DNA of 64,000 bases from an uncultured delta proteobacterium. GTDB taxonomy: Bacteria > Myxococcota_A > UBA9160 > SZUA-336. Made by a program: the position numbers and the translations under genes. Below the pieces are notes generated by a model that was not told the DNA's origin, did not search any database, and saw only the letters and a program-made list of their open reading frames with translations. Numbering within the stretch: the first letter of the stretch is position 1; every line of letters starts with the position of its first letter. Positions 20,542 to 30,422 of this stretch are shown here, in pieces. The stretch covers positions 288,001 to 352,000 of the forward strand of contig CAVPHD010000001.1 in assembly GCA_963704165.1 (NCBI GenBank), in the 5' to 3' direction.

Positions 20542-20913
20542 ATGCTCACCCGCCGAATCGCTCGATGCGCGCTGCTCTTCGCGCTGATCTGCGGATCCGC
20601 ACACGCCGCGACGCTCGACCTGGGCTTCGAGGCGTCACCCTTTGGCAGGCAGCCGCCGTCGCCCTCGGGCCTCGCGTTGAATTCGCTCTGGCTTCCTCCG
20701 ACCGCGAAGCTCCTCCAGATGCGCACGCCACTCGGTGGGCCGAGCTTCCGCCTGGACTCGTTCGTTCACGTCGCCTCCGAGATCGAGCTCTCGAACATGT
20801 CGCCGCGGTTCGAGTCGATCTTCGAGCACGACGACCTGCCGGACCTCGGACGGATCGGCGACGGCGCGGGCGGGTCGCGCTTCTCCACGGATCTGCTGGA
20901 TCCAGGCCTGTAG
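20542..20913 (+). CDS. Hypothetical secreted protein
   Basis: Clear signal peptide MLTRRIARCALLFALICGSAHA; no recognisable domain. Confidence 0.5.
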   Translation: MLTRRIARCALLFALICGSAHAATLDLGFEASPFGRQPPSPSGLALNSLWLPPTAKLLQMRTPLGGPSFRLDSFVHVASEIELSNMSPRFESIFEHDDLPDLGRIGDGAGGSRFSTDLLDPGL

Positions 20914-20977
20914 CGGCCGATCGCCGCTTCGCCGATGGCGTGCTACCTAGGCAGCGCCATTTCCAGAGAGGGTTTCG

Positions 20978-21817
20978 ATGATTTCGTCTTTGCTGCGATC
21001 GGTGGGTTTCGGTTTTGCGTGCGCGGCGATTCTCGTGGCGGGGATCGCGTTGCAGCCCGACGCGGCGCGCGCCGCGGACGGTGACCAACCGAGCTACGAG
21101 ATCGGGCTCTACGTCTGGGGCACGTCGCTGGTCGGCGAGATCGACACGGACGAGGGCTCGGCGACCACCCGCATCCCCTTCTCGGACCTGATCAGGAACG
21201 TGAACGTGTCCGCCATGGTCCGCACGCGCGCGCAATTCGACAAATTTTCCATCGTCTTCGACGGCGAGTACTACGATCTCGAGAGCGATACCGAACGACG
21301 GACGATCCGGCTCGGCCCGCAGGGAAATGTCGAGGTCGAAGCGAGCGCGAAGGTCAAGCTCGTGCAGTACATCCTCGAGCTGAACGGCGGATACCAGGTC
21401 TTCGACATCGACGCGCCGTACTCGCTGGTCCCCGGCGACGAGCTTCGCACCCGCGGAGAAATGTACCTGGGCGCGCGCTACCTCTCGCTGAAGCCCGAGG
21501 TCGAGGTCGAAGTCGGCATGCTGAGCGCCGACATCGGCGAGTGGGAGAGCTGGGTCGACGGCGTCGTCGGCGCGCGGCTCGCATTCGACCTCTCCGAGAA
21601 CGTGGTGCTCGGCATCCAGGGCGACGTCGGCGGATTCAACGTCGGCCAATCCTCGAAGTTCACCTGGATGCAGATCACGTCGCTCTCCTGGCGTTGCTCC
21701 GAGAGCATGACGCTCGCGCTCGGCTACAAGTTCCTCGACATCGAGCGCGAGATCGGAGACACCACGATCGACCTGCAGCTCCGCGGCCCGTTCATCGCCT
21801 CGTTCGTGCGGTTCTAG
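20978..21817 (+). CDS. Outer-membrane beta-barrel protein of unknown function
   Basis: Signal peptide (ARA), alternating amphipathic strands, LGYKFL..GPF pattern and terminal Phe (FVRF). Confidence 0.75.
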   Translation: MISSLLRSVGFGFACAAILVAGIALQPDAARAADGDQPSYEIGLYVWGTSLVGEIDTDEGSATTRIPFSDLIRNVNVSAMVRTRAQFDKFSIVFDGEYYDLESDTERRTIRLGPQGNVEVEASAKVKLVQYILELNGGYQVFDIDAPYSLVPGDELRTRGEMYLGARYLSLKPEVEVEVGMLSADIGEWESWVDGVVGARLAFDLSENVVLGIQGDVGGFNVGQSSKFTWMQITSLSWRCSESMTLALGYKFLDIEREIGDTTIDLQLRGPFIASFVRF

Positions 21818-23364
21818 CGAACGAACGAGGCTGCGGCGTCGCTCGCGAGCTGGAGCAGGTTCACGTCGGCCATCTGCAGGAGCGACGCGACACCGGGCAG
21901 CGCGTTCTGCGGCAAGAGCCCGATGAGGATCACGGCGGCGGCGCAGCTGGCCAGCGCGAGGCCCTCGAAGAAGGTGGCCTTGCCGGGCGGCTGGGCGTCG
22001 TCGCGCGGCGGGTAGAAGTACATCGTGGCGGGGATGCGCAGGTAGTAGCCGAGCGAGATCGCCGAGTTCAGCACGGCGATCACGACGAGCCAGACGAGCG
22101 ACGAGCTGCCGGTCGCGAGGCCGTTCTGCACCGCGGCGCTGAAGATCAGGAACTTGCCGATGAAGCCCGCCGTGCCCGGCATGCCGAGCAGCGAGAACAT
22201 GCAGATCGACATCACGATCGCGAGCGCAGGACGGGTCTGCGCGAGGCCGGAGAGATCGTCGATGCGATCGAGCTCCTCGCCGTCGCGGGTCAGGACCGAG
22301 ACCACCGTGAACGCGCCGACCGTCATGAAGGTGTAGGCGAGCAGGTAGACGAGCACGGCCTGCATGCCGTGCTCGCCGCCGGCGATCACGCCGATCAGCA
22401 GATATCCGGCGTGGGCGATGCTCGAGTACGCGAGCATCCGCTTGGTGTTGCGCTGGATCAGCGCCATGACGTTTCCGACCGTCATCGAGAGCGCGGAGAG
22501 GACCCAGAGGATCCCGTACACGGACTCCGAGACGGGTGCGAGTCCGGAGTAGACGACGCGGAGCAGCGCGCCGAACGCCGCGACCTTCACCGCCGTCGCC
22601 ATGAACGCGGAGACCGTCGTCGGCGCGCCCTCGTAGGTGTCCGGCGCCCACTGGTGGAACGGCACCGACGAGATCTTGAAGCCGAGCCCGATCAGCACGA
22701 GCCCGGCGCCGACCAGGTCGATCGCGTTCTCGGGATCGAAGCTCGTGGCGATCTCCGAGAGCACGAGCGAACCCGTCGCGCCGTACAGGAGCGCCGAGCC
22801 GTAGAGCAGGATTCCCGAGGCGAACGAGCCGATCAGGAAGTACTTCACGGCCGATTCGTTCGAGCGCAGCGACGTCCGCCGGAAGCCCGCGAGCGCGTAC
22901 ACCGGAATGCTCATCAGCTCGAGCGCGAGGAAGAGCATGATCAGATCGGAAGCGGCGACGAGGAACATCATTCCCGTCACCGACGAGAGCACGAGCACGT
23001 AGAACTCGCCCCAGTTCGAGTGGATGTGCTCGAGGTACTTGGTCGAGGCGAGCACCGTCAGCATGGCGCCGATCAGCACGATCGACATCAGGAAGAGCGC
23101 CAGGCCGTCCATCCGCACCATTTCGAAGTCGGGATTGAAGACGCGCGGCGGCTCCGAGAAGGCATTCAACGTGAAGAGCAGCGAGACCGCGAGGAAGAAG
23201 ACGCTCGCGGTCGCCAGGTAGGTGCCGCGGCGCGCGGCCGAGACGCGTTGGCCGAGCAGAACCGGCGTTCCGCGCAGCGCCACGTCGAGAAGCGGCAGGC
23301 AGAGGACCCCGAGCGCGACGGGAATCATCGGCGCGACGGCGGCGAGATCGAGCTCCGGGATCAT
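21814..23364 (-). CDS. nuoN: NADH-quinone oxidoreductase subunit N
   Basis: LELMSIPVYALAG, SNESAVKYF, FKISSVPFHQWAPDTYEGAPT, KRMLAYSSIAHAGY. Confidence 0.95.
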   Translation of the reverse strand: MIPELDLAAVAPMIPVALGVLCLPLLDVALRGTPVLLGQRVSAARRGTYLATASVFFLAVSLLFTLNAFSEPPRVFNPDFEMVRMDGLALFLMSIVLIGAMLTVLASTKYLEHIHSNWGEFYVLVLSSVTGMMFLVAASDLIMLFLALELMSIPVYALAGFRRTSLRSNESAVKYFLIGSFASGILLYGSALLYGATGSLVLSEIATSFDPENAIDLVGAGLVLIGLGFKISSVPFHQWAPDTYEGAPTTVSAFMATAVKVAAFGALLRVVYSGLAPVSESVYGILWVLSALSMTVGNVMALIQRNTKRMLAYSSIAHAGYLLIGVIAGGEHGMQAVLVYLLAYTFMTVGAFTVVSVLTRDGEELDRIDDLSGLAQTRPALAIVMSICMFSLLGMPGTAGFIGKFLIFSAAVQNGLATGSSSLVWLVVIAVLNSAISLGYYLRIPATMYFYPPRDDAQPPGKATFFEGLALASCAAAVILIGLLPQNALPGVASLLQMADVNLLQLASDAAASFVR

Positions 23365-24995
23365 CGCGAGGTCTCCACGCCGACCTGCACCGTGATCGGA
23401 TCGTCGCGCGTCTCGAGGTTCTGCCAGCCGGCCAGGTCCGCACCGCGTCGGGTCATCGTCTCGAGCAGCTCCGTCACCGCGCGATCCATCGGGTTCGTGA
23501 ACGTCGACGGGTGAACCCCGATCCAGATCATCGGTATCACGAGCGCCGTCGCGACCAGCTTCTCGCGCAGGCCAAGGTCGAGCAGAACCTTGTTCGCGTC
23601 GTTCGTGAGCGGACCGAAGAAGACCCGGCGCATCGCCCAGAGCATGTAGACCGCCGAGAGGATCACGCCCGAGGTCGCGACCACCGTCGCTCCGGGCAGG
23701 CTCTTGAACGCGCCGAGCAGGATCAGGAACTCCCCGACGAAGCCGTTCAGGCCCGGCAGCCCGACCGAGCTCAGCGTGGCGATCGCGAAGAAGACCGCGA
23801 AGACCGGCATCACCGACGCGAGGCCGCCGAACGCGTCGAGCTCGCGCACGTGGCGGCGCTCGTAGAGCATGCCGACGAGGATGAAGAGCGCTCCCGTCGA
23901 GATGCCGTGGTTCACCATCTGCAGCACCGCGCCCGCGACCCCCTGCGGATTCAGGGCGAAGAGCCCCAGCACGATGAAGCCCATGTGCGAGACCGACGAG
24001 TACGCGACGAGCTTCTTCAGGTCGCTCTGCACCCAGGCGACGAGCGCCCCGTACACCACCCCGATGATCGCGAGGCCGACGATCCAGGGCGCGAAGTCGA
24101 GCGCGGCCTGCGGGAAGAGCGGCAGCGCGTAGCGCACGAAGCCGAAGGTTCCGAGCTTCAGCAGGACGCCCGCGAGCACGGCGGAGCCGGGCGTCGGTGC
24201 TTCGACGTGCGCGTCGGGAAGCCAGGTGTGGAACGGGAACATCGGCACCTTGATCGCGAACGCGAGCGCGAAGACCGCGAAGAGGAAGCCCTGCCGCTGC
24301 CACCACACGCCACCGACGTTCGGAATCGAGAGATCGAGGATCCCGGTGCCGCCGTTGCTGCCGTAGTACTCGAAGCTCGGCAAGCCGAACTGGACCTGGT
24401 GCAGCCACGCCAGAACGACGATGCCGACCAGCATCAGCAAGCTGCCGACCATCGTGTAGATGAAGAACTTCAGCGTCGCGTAGATGCGCCGCGGCCCGCC
24501 CCAGATGCCGATGATGAAGTACATCGGAATCAGCATCAGCTCCCAGAACACGTAGAAGAGGAAGAGGTTCAGAGCGAGGAACGCGCCGAGCATCCCGGTC
24601 TGGAGCGCGAGCATGAAGAACAGGTAGGAGCGCAAGCGCTCGTGGATGTCGTTCCACGAAGCGAGCAGCACGACCGGCAGCAGGAAGCTCGTCAGCGCCA
24701 CGAGCAGCAGCGCGATCCCGTCGATTCCGAGCGAGTAGTGGATGCCCAGGCTCGGCAGCCACTCCGCGCGCTCGACGAGCTGCATCCCGCTCGAAGCGGG
24801 ATCGAAGCGCTGCCAGAGCGCGATCGTCAGGACCATCCCCAGCAGCGACGACGCGAAGGCCGTGTACTTCCACACGACTTCGGGAAGGCGGAGGAAACCG
24901 TCGAGGAGCGCGAGCACGAGCACCGTCGCGATCGGCAGGAAGACGATCGTCGAGAGCAGGTGATCCGCCAGCAGCGTCTCGAGGCTCTGCATCAT
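23361..24995 (-). CDS. nuoM: NADH-quinone oxidoreductase subunit M
   Basis: FWELMLIPMY, IKVPMFPFHTWLPDAHVEAPT, KKLVAYSSVSHMG. Confidence 0.96.
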   Translation of the reverse strand: MMQSLETLLADHLLSTIVFLPIATVLVLALLDGFLRLPEVVWKYTAFASSLLGMVLTIALWQRFDPASSGMQLVERAEWLPSLGIHYSLGIDGIALLLVALTSFLLPVVLLASWNDIHERLRSYLFFMLALQTGMLGAFLALNLFLFYVFWELMLIPMYFIIGIWGGPRRIYATLKFFIYTMVGSLLMLVGIVVLAWLHQVQFGLPSFEYYGSNGGTGILDLSIPNVGGVWWQRQGFLFAVFALAFAIKVPMFPFHTWLPDAHVEAPTPGSAVLAGVLLKLGTFGFVRYALPLFPQAALDFAPWIVGLAIIGVVYGALVAWVQSDLKKLVAYSSVSHMGFIVLGLFALNPQGVAGAVLQMVNHGISTGALFILVGMLYERRHVRELDAFGGLASVMPVFAVFFAIATLSSVGLPGLNGFVGEFLILLGAFKSLPGATVVATSGVILSAVYMLWAMRRVFFGPLTNDANKVLLDLGLREKLVATALVIPMIWIGVHPSTFTNPMDRAVTELLETMTRRGADLAGWQNLETRDDPITVQVGVETSR

Positions 24996-27043
24996 CACGC
25001 GCCTCGCACCAGCCAGGCGACGAGTAGAACGCCACCGATCAGCATCGCGACCAGATACGACTGCGCGAGGCCCGTCTGCAGGTACTTGAGCGCGCCATCG
25101 GCGCTGGCGCGGACGAAGTTCGCGGTGCCGTTCACGCCGATGCCGTCGATCAAGCCCTGATCGACGCCGCGCGAGAGCAGCCCGCGCGAGATCGACTGGA
25201 GCGGACGGACGATCGCGAAGTCGTAGAGCTCGTCGATGCGGTACTTGTCGCGGACCAGGGCGTAGAGCGGACGGATCGCGGCGACGATTCCCGGGACGAG
25301 GTCACGGCGCCAGTAGTAGAGCAGCGTCGCGAGCCCGATCCCGGCCAGGCCGATCAGCGTCGTCAGCGCGGCGAGACCGTACTCCGTCGAGTGGGGAATC
25401 TCGTGCACGGCCGAGTTCACGACCGGCTGCAGGAAGTGGTGCAGGCTGTTCGACCGCTGCACTCCGAACAGCTCTCCGTACGCGTCGGGCAGGCCGAAGA
25501 ACCCTCCGATCACCGAGAAGACGGCGAGCACGGCGAGCGGGACGAGCACCCACTTCCCCGACTCGTGGATCCGCGCTTGCGTGTGGTGTCCCGCGCGGCT
25601 CTCGCCGCTGAACACCAGGAAGTAGAGTCGGAACATGTAGAAGGCGGTGAGGAACGCGGTCGCGAGTCCGATCGCCCAGAGGGCCTGGTGGCCCGGGATC
25701 GCGTGCGCCTGGTTCGCGGCGAGGAGGATCTCGTCCTTCGAGAAGAAGCCCGAGAACGGCGGCACTCCCGCGATCGCGATCACGCCGACGAGGAACGTCG
25801 CCCAGGTCACGGGCATGCGCCTTCGCAGTCCGCCCATCCGCGTGATGTCCTGCTCGTGATGCATTCCGAGAATCACCGAGCCCGCGCCCAGGAAGAGCAG
25901 CGCCTTGAAGAACGCGTGCGTCATCACGTGGAAGATCGCCGCGCTGTAGGCCGCGACTCCGGCCGCCAGGAACATGTAGCCGAGCTGGCTCACCGTCGAG
26001 TACGCGAGCACCTTCTTGATGTCGTTCTGCGCGAGTCCGACCGTGGCGGCGAAGAACGCCGTCAGCGCGCCCGTCCACGCGACCGTCGCCTGCGCGCCGG
26101 GCGCGAGCGAGTATGCGAACGACATGCGGCAGACCATGTACACGCCGGCCGTCACCATCGTCGCCGCGTGGATCAGCGCCGAAACGGGTGTCGGACCCGC
26201 CATCGCGTCCGGAAGCCAGACGTAGAGCGGAATCTGCGCGGACTTCCCGCACGCGCCGACGAACAGACACAGGCATGCGAGCGTGAGCAGACCCCAGGTC
26301 GGAAAGCCCGGCAGGAACGAGAGCCAGCCCGGAAGCTCGACGGTCTGATGGGCGAGCAGGCCGATGTTCGCGGACATCTCGCGGAACTCGACGGTCGGCA
26401 GACCCGCCTGCGCGAACGACCAGAACAGCAGGAAGATCCCCAGCAGGAAGCCGAAGTCGCCGATCCGGTTCACCACGAACGCCTTCTGTCCGCACTTGGC
26501 GTTGTGGTCGTCGAGGTACCAGAACCCGATCAGAAGATAGGAGCAGACGCCGACGCCCTCCCAACCGACGAACATCACCAGCAGGTTGTCGCCGAGGATC
26601 AGCATCAGCATCGAGAACATGAACAGGTTGAGGTAGGCGAAGAAGCGCTGGAAGCCGCGGTCGTCGCGGTGATCGTCGTCCATGTAGCCGACGGAGTAGA
26701 TGTGGATCAGCGAACCGACGCCCGTGACGACGAGCACCATCACTGAGGAGAGCGGGTCGAGCAGGAACGCGAGCTCCGCGTGGAAGTCACCCGCGGAAAT
26801 CCACGTGTACAGGTTGTCCGCGTAGTAGGCCGTGTCCGGAGGCAGCACGTTCTGGAGCGCGAGCTTGAAGACCTGAACGATCGCGATCGCGAACGAGGCG
26901 ATCGGCGCGCCGCAGGCGAGCGCGATCACCACGGCGCGCGGTAGCTGGCGGCGTGCGAAGACGAGCCAGGCCCCCGAGAGCACGGCCGCGATCAACGGCA
27001 GCAGGGGGATCCAGCGAAGCGCGGCGTTCTCGTGCTCGGTCAC
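24995..27043 (-). CDS. nuoL: NADH-quinone oxidoreductase subunit L
   Basis: GWEGVGVCSYLLIGFW, NRIGDFG, GKSAQIPLYVWLPDAMAGPTPVSALIHAATMV. Confidence 0.96.
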   Translation of the reverse strand: MTEHENAALRWIPLLPLIAAVLSGAWLVFARRQLPRAVVIALACGAPIASFAIAIVQVFKLALQNVLPPDTAYYADNLYTWISAGDFHAELAFLLDPLSSVMVLVVTGVGSLIHIYSVGYMDDDHRDDRGFQRFFAYLNLFMFSMLMLILGDNLLVMFVGWEGVGVCSYLLIGFWYLDDHNAKCGQKAFVVNRIGDFGFLLGIFLLFWSFAQAGLPTVEFREMSANIGLLAHQTVELPGWLSFLPGFPTWGLLTLACLCLFVGACGKSAQIPLYVWLPDAMAGPTPVSALIHAATMVTAGVYMVCRMSFAYSLAPGAQATVAWTGALTAFFAATVGLAQNDIKKVLAYSTVSQLGYMFLAAGVAAYSAAIFHVMTHAFFKALLFLGAGSVILGMHHEQDITRMGGLRRRMPVTWATFLVGVIAIAGVPPFSGFFSKDEILLAANQAHAIPGHQALWAIGLATAFLTAFYMFRLYFLVFSGESRAGHHTQARIHESGKWVLVPLAVLAVFSVIGGFFGLPDAYGELFGVQRSNSLHHFLQPVVNSAVHEIPHSTEYGLAALTTLIGLAGIGLATLLYYWRRDLVPGIVAAIRPLYALVRDKYRIDELYDFAIVRPLQSISRGLLSRGVDQGLIDGIGVNGTANFVRASADGALKYLQTGLAQSYLVAMLIGGVLLVAWLVRGA

Positions 27044-27050
27044 GTCTCTC

Positions 27051-27359
27051 CTACCACTTCATCTGACTGGAGTCTTCGATGTTCACGGTGTCGCGGTTGC
27101 GGACGAGGCTGATGATGATGGCGAGCCCGACGGCGACTTCGACCGCCGCCACGACCATGACCATGAAGGCCAGGATCTGTCCCTGATCGTTGCCGATCTC
27201 GCGGCTGAACGAGACGAGCGACAGATTCGCCGCATTGAGCATCAGCTCGATCGACATGAACATCACGATGATGTTCCTGCGCAGCAGCACCCCGAGCGCG
27301 CCGATCGCGAAGATCAGCGCGGCGACGATCTGGAAATGGAACGGCAGCACGTCGCCCAT
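27051..27359 (-). CDS. nuoK: NADH-quinone oxidoreductase subunit K
   Basis: [28 protein letters not shown]. Confidence 0.95.
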   Translation of the reverse strand: MGDVLPFHFQIVAALIFAIGALGVLLRRNIIVMFMSIELMLNAANLSLVSFSREIGNDQGQILAFMVMVVAAVEVAVGLAIIISLVRNRDTVNIEDSSQMKW

Positions 27360-27859
27360 CAGTCGATCTTCTTCTTGGCGAGCACGACCGCCGCGACGAT
27401 GCCCGCGAGCAGGAGCACACCGGCGACCTGCACCGAGAGCACGTAGTCGGTGTAGAGCGCCTCTCCGATCGCGCGCGTCGTGCCGTAGCTCGGATCGACG
27501 TCGGGCCAGGCCGAACGGTTCCCGGCGAGGGCCCGGACGAGCCAGAGGACGGCGCCCGCGGCGACGATCGCGCCGACCGCTTTGGTGATCGGCTGGCTCT
27601 CCGCGCTGGCCGCGCCGCTCCCACGCAGGTTCAGGAGCATGATCACGAACAGGAACAGGACGACGATCGCGCCCGCGTAGACCATCACCTGGATCAGCCC
27701 GACGAACTGCGCTTCGAGCAGGACGTACAGACCGGCGAGCGAGAGCATCGACATGACGAGAGAGAGGGCCGAGTTGATCGGACTGCGCAGGTTTCCGATG
27801 ACGCCGAGCGACGACGCGACCGCGGCCACCGAGAAGACCCAGAACAGCGCCGTACGCAT
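27359..27859 (-). CDS. nuoJ: NADH-quinone oxidoreductase subunit J
   Basis: [21 protein letters not shown]; position between nuoH and nuoK. Confidence 0.93.
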   Translation of the reverse strand: MRTALFWVFSVAAVASSLGVIGNLRSPINSALSLVMSMLSLAGLYVLLEAQFVGLIQVMVYAGAIVVLFLFVIMLLNLRGSGAASAESQPITKAVGAIVAAGAVLWLVRALAGNRSAWPDVDPSYGTTRAIGEALYTDYVLSVQVAGVLLLAGIVAAVVLAKKKID

Positions 27860-29016
27860 CAGCGCGTGACCTCCTGGACGAGCAGGATCCCGAAAGCGGT
27901 GATCACGATGTTCGCGAGCGAGAGCGGCAGCAGGATCTTCCACCCCAGGTTCATGACCTGGTCGTAGCGGAAGCGCGGCATGCTCCAACGGATCAGCATC
28001 TGGAACCAGATCAGGACCACGACCTTGGTCAGGAAGACGATCACGGCGAGCAGCATCGCGGCCAGGTTCGCCAGGTTCTCGCCGAGCACGGGCGTCGCCG
28101 ACGAGATGATCCCCGCCTCGGGCAGCCACGGGATCGACCAACCGCCCAGGAACATCGCGGTCAGGAGCGCCGCGATCACGACGACCTCGATCCACTCCCC
28201 CATCATGTACAGGCCGAACTTCATGCCCGAGTACTCGATGAAGTAGCCGGCGATGATCTCGGATTCGCCCTCGGGCGTGTCGAACGGGGCCCGCTTGTTC
28301 TCGGCCATGAGCGCGGTGAGGAACATGAAGAACGGCAGCGGCTGCAGGACGATTCCCCACATCGGGATCGTGACCCATCCGATCCAGCCGGTGCCCTGCG
28401 CGACCCAGCCGAAGTGCTCGAGGAAGCCGAAGAGCCGGAACGTCTCCTGCTGCATCACGCCGATGTCGCTCAGCTTGAGCGTGCCGAAGATCATGAACAG
28501 ACCGACGACGGTGATCCCGAGCGCGACCTCGTACGAGATCATCTGCGCCGATACGCGGATCGAGCCGAGCATGCCGTAGTTGTTGTTGCCGGCCCAACCC
28601 GCGAGCATCGAGCCGTAGGTCGCGATCGAGCCGATCGCGAACACGTAGAGCACGCCGTAGTCGAGATCCGCGACGGTGAGCGAGACGTGCGCGCCCCACA
28701 TGTCGTAGGTCCCGCCGTAGGGGATCACCGCGAAGCTGATGATCGCCGGGACGACGGCGATGAACGGGCTCACCAGGTGGAGGAAGCGGTGCGCGCCGGT
28801 CGGCACCATGTCTTCCTTCAGGATCATCTTGAGCGCGTCGGCGAGCGGATGGATCAGGCCGAGGGCCCGGATGCCGAAGATCTCGGCGCGGTTCGCACCG
28901 ATGCGATTCTGCATCAGCGCGCTCTGCTTGCGCTCGACCCAGGTCATGATCGGTGCGAAGACCAGCAGGACGAGCGCGAAGAGGAAGAGCGCGACCCAGA
29001 CCGTGGACGTCGCCAT
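27859..29016 (-). CDS. nuoH: NADH-quinone oxidoreductase subunit H
   Basis: [51 protein letters not shown]. Confidence 0.95.
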   Translation of the reverse strand: MATSTVWVALFLFALVLLVFAPIMTWVERKQSALMQNRIGANRAEIFGIRALGLIHPLADALKMILKEDMVPTGAHRFLHLVSPFIAVVPAIISFAVIPYGGTYDMWGAHVSLTVADLDYGVLYVFAIGSIATYGSMLAGWAGNNNYGMLGSIRVSAQMISYEVALGITVVGLFMIFGTLKLSDIGVMQQETFRLFGFLEHFGWVAQGTGWIGWVTIPMWGIVLQPLPFFMFLTALMAENKRAPFDTPEGESEIIAGYFIEYSGMKFGLYMMGEWIEVVVIAALLTAMFLGGWSIPWLPEAGIISSATPVLGENLANLAAMLLAVIVFLTKVVVLIWFQMLIRWSMPRFRYDQVMNLGWKILLPLSLANIVITAFGILLVQEVTR

Positions 29017-30420
29017 CTACGAGATTCCCGCGGCGGCGGCGATCTGCGCGAGCGCGTCGGCCTCCGACCAGGCCTCGAAGGCGGGCTCGACGACGGCCGA
29101 GAACGATTGCACGAGCCCGCGCGAATTCGTGAACGTCCCCGACTTCTCGAGGAAGCTGCGCGCGGGCAACGCCACGACCGCGCGCGCCGAGAGGGCGGAC
29201 TCGTGGGTGTCGATCAGCACGATGTTCCGGACGTCGCCGAAGACCTCGGCGGTCGTCGTGTGTCCGAGCACGATGGCGAGATCCGCGCGGCCGAGCTGCT
29301 CGTTCGACTCGACCATGCCGAGCGCGCGGCAGCCGGCGGCGTTGGGCGACTTCTCCGCCTCGATCAGGATCGCGTCCGACTCGCCGCGCGGAACCGAGAA
29401 ACGCGCCGGTCCCGCACCGAGCGAAGCGAGCAGATCGCGGAACGCCTCGAGGTCGGCATTCGAAGCGAACGGAGACGCGACACCGATGATCTTCCCGTTC
29501 GCGTCGCGGGTCGCCCGCACGAGCTCGGCCGCGCGCTTGACCGCGTCGGTGTAGCTCGCGTCGCGCCCGTCGACGCGCGGCGACGTCAGCCGGCCGGTCG
29601 AGTTCTTCTTGTACGACATGCGGCCGTGGTCGCACATCCAGGTGTCGTTCACCGCGTCGTTCCTTCGCGGCACGAAGCGGTAGATCTTGTTGTTCGAGCG
29701 CGATGCGACGATGTTGCAGCCGCGCGAGCACTGGTTGCAGACGCTCTCGACGTCGTCCGTGAACCAGACGCGGACCTTGAAGCGGAAGTCCCGCGTCGTG
29801 AGTGCGCCGACCGGACAGATGTCGGCGACGTTCATCGAATACGGATTGTCGAGCTCGCTTCCCGGGAAGACCTCGAGCAGCGACTCGTCGCCGCGATTCA
29901 CGACCCCGAGCTCCCCCGTCTTCGGAATCTCTCGGCAGAATCGCACGCAGCGCCGGCACAGGATGCAGCGCTCCTGGTCGAAGACGATCGTCGGGCCGAG
30001 GTCCACCGACTTCTTCGCGGGGCGTCTCGGCTCGCGGGTGCGCGCCGCCGGCACGCCCCATTCGTAGGCGTAGTCCTGCAGCTTGCACTCGCCGGCCTGG
30101 TCGCAGATCGGGCAGTCGAGCGGATGATTGATGAGCAGGAGCTCCATCACGCCACGGCGCGCCGCGAGCACGCGATCGCTCTTCGTGTGGACCTTCATCG
30201 CGTTCATCACCGGCGTGTTGCAGGCGATCTGGAGCTTCGGCATGCCCTCGATCTCGACCTGACAGAGCCGGCACGATCCATCGACCGAGAGCTTGGGGTG
30301 CCAGCAGTAGTGCGGGATCTCGATGCCGTGCGCGAGCAGGCCGAGATCGTCGATCGCCTGCATGACGGTACGGCCCTCGGCCACTTCGTACTCGACTCCG
30401 TCGATCGTCAGCGTCGGCAT
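29017..30420 (-). CDS. nuoG: NADH-quinone oxidoreductase subunit G (short form, 467 aa)
   Basis: IPHYCWH...GSCRLC, NHPLDCPICDQAGECKLQ, CILCRRCVRFC...ICPVGAL, CNQCSRGC...MCD. Confidence 0.92.
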   Translation of the reverse strand: MPTLTIDGVEYEVAEGRTVMQAIDDLGLLAHGIEIPHYCWHPKLSVDGSCRLCQVEIEGMPKLQIACNTPVMNAMKVHTKSDRVLAARRGVMELLLINHPLDCPICDQAGECKLQDYAYEWGVPAARTREPRRPAKKSVDLGPTIVFDQERCILCRRCVRFCREIPKTGELGVVNRGDESLLEVFPGSELDNPYSMNVADICPVGALTTRDFRFKVRVWFTDDVESVCNQCSRGCNIVASRSNNKIYRFVPRRNDAVNDTWMCDHGRMSYKKNSTGRLTSPRVDGRDASYTDAVKRAAELVRATRDANGKIIGVASPFASNADLEAFRDLLASLGAGPARFSVPRGESDAILIEAEKSPNAAGCRALGMVESNEQLGRADLAIVLGHTTTAEVFGDVRNIVLIDTHESALSARAVVALPARSFLEKSGTFTNSRGLVQSFSAVVEPAFEAWSEADALAQIAAAAGIS

Positions 30421-30422
30421 CG

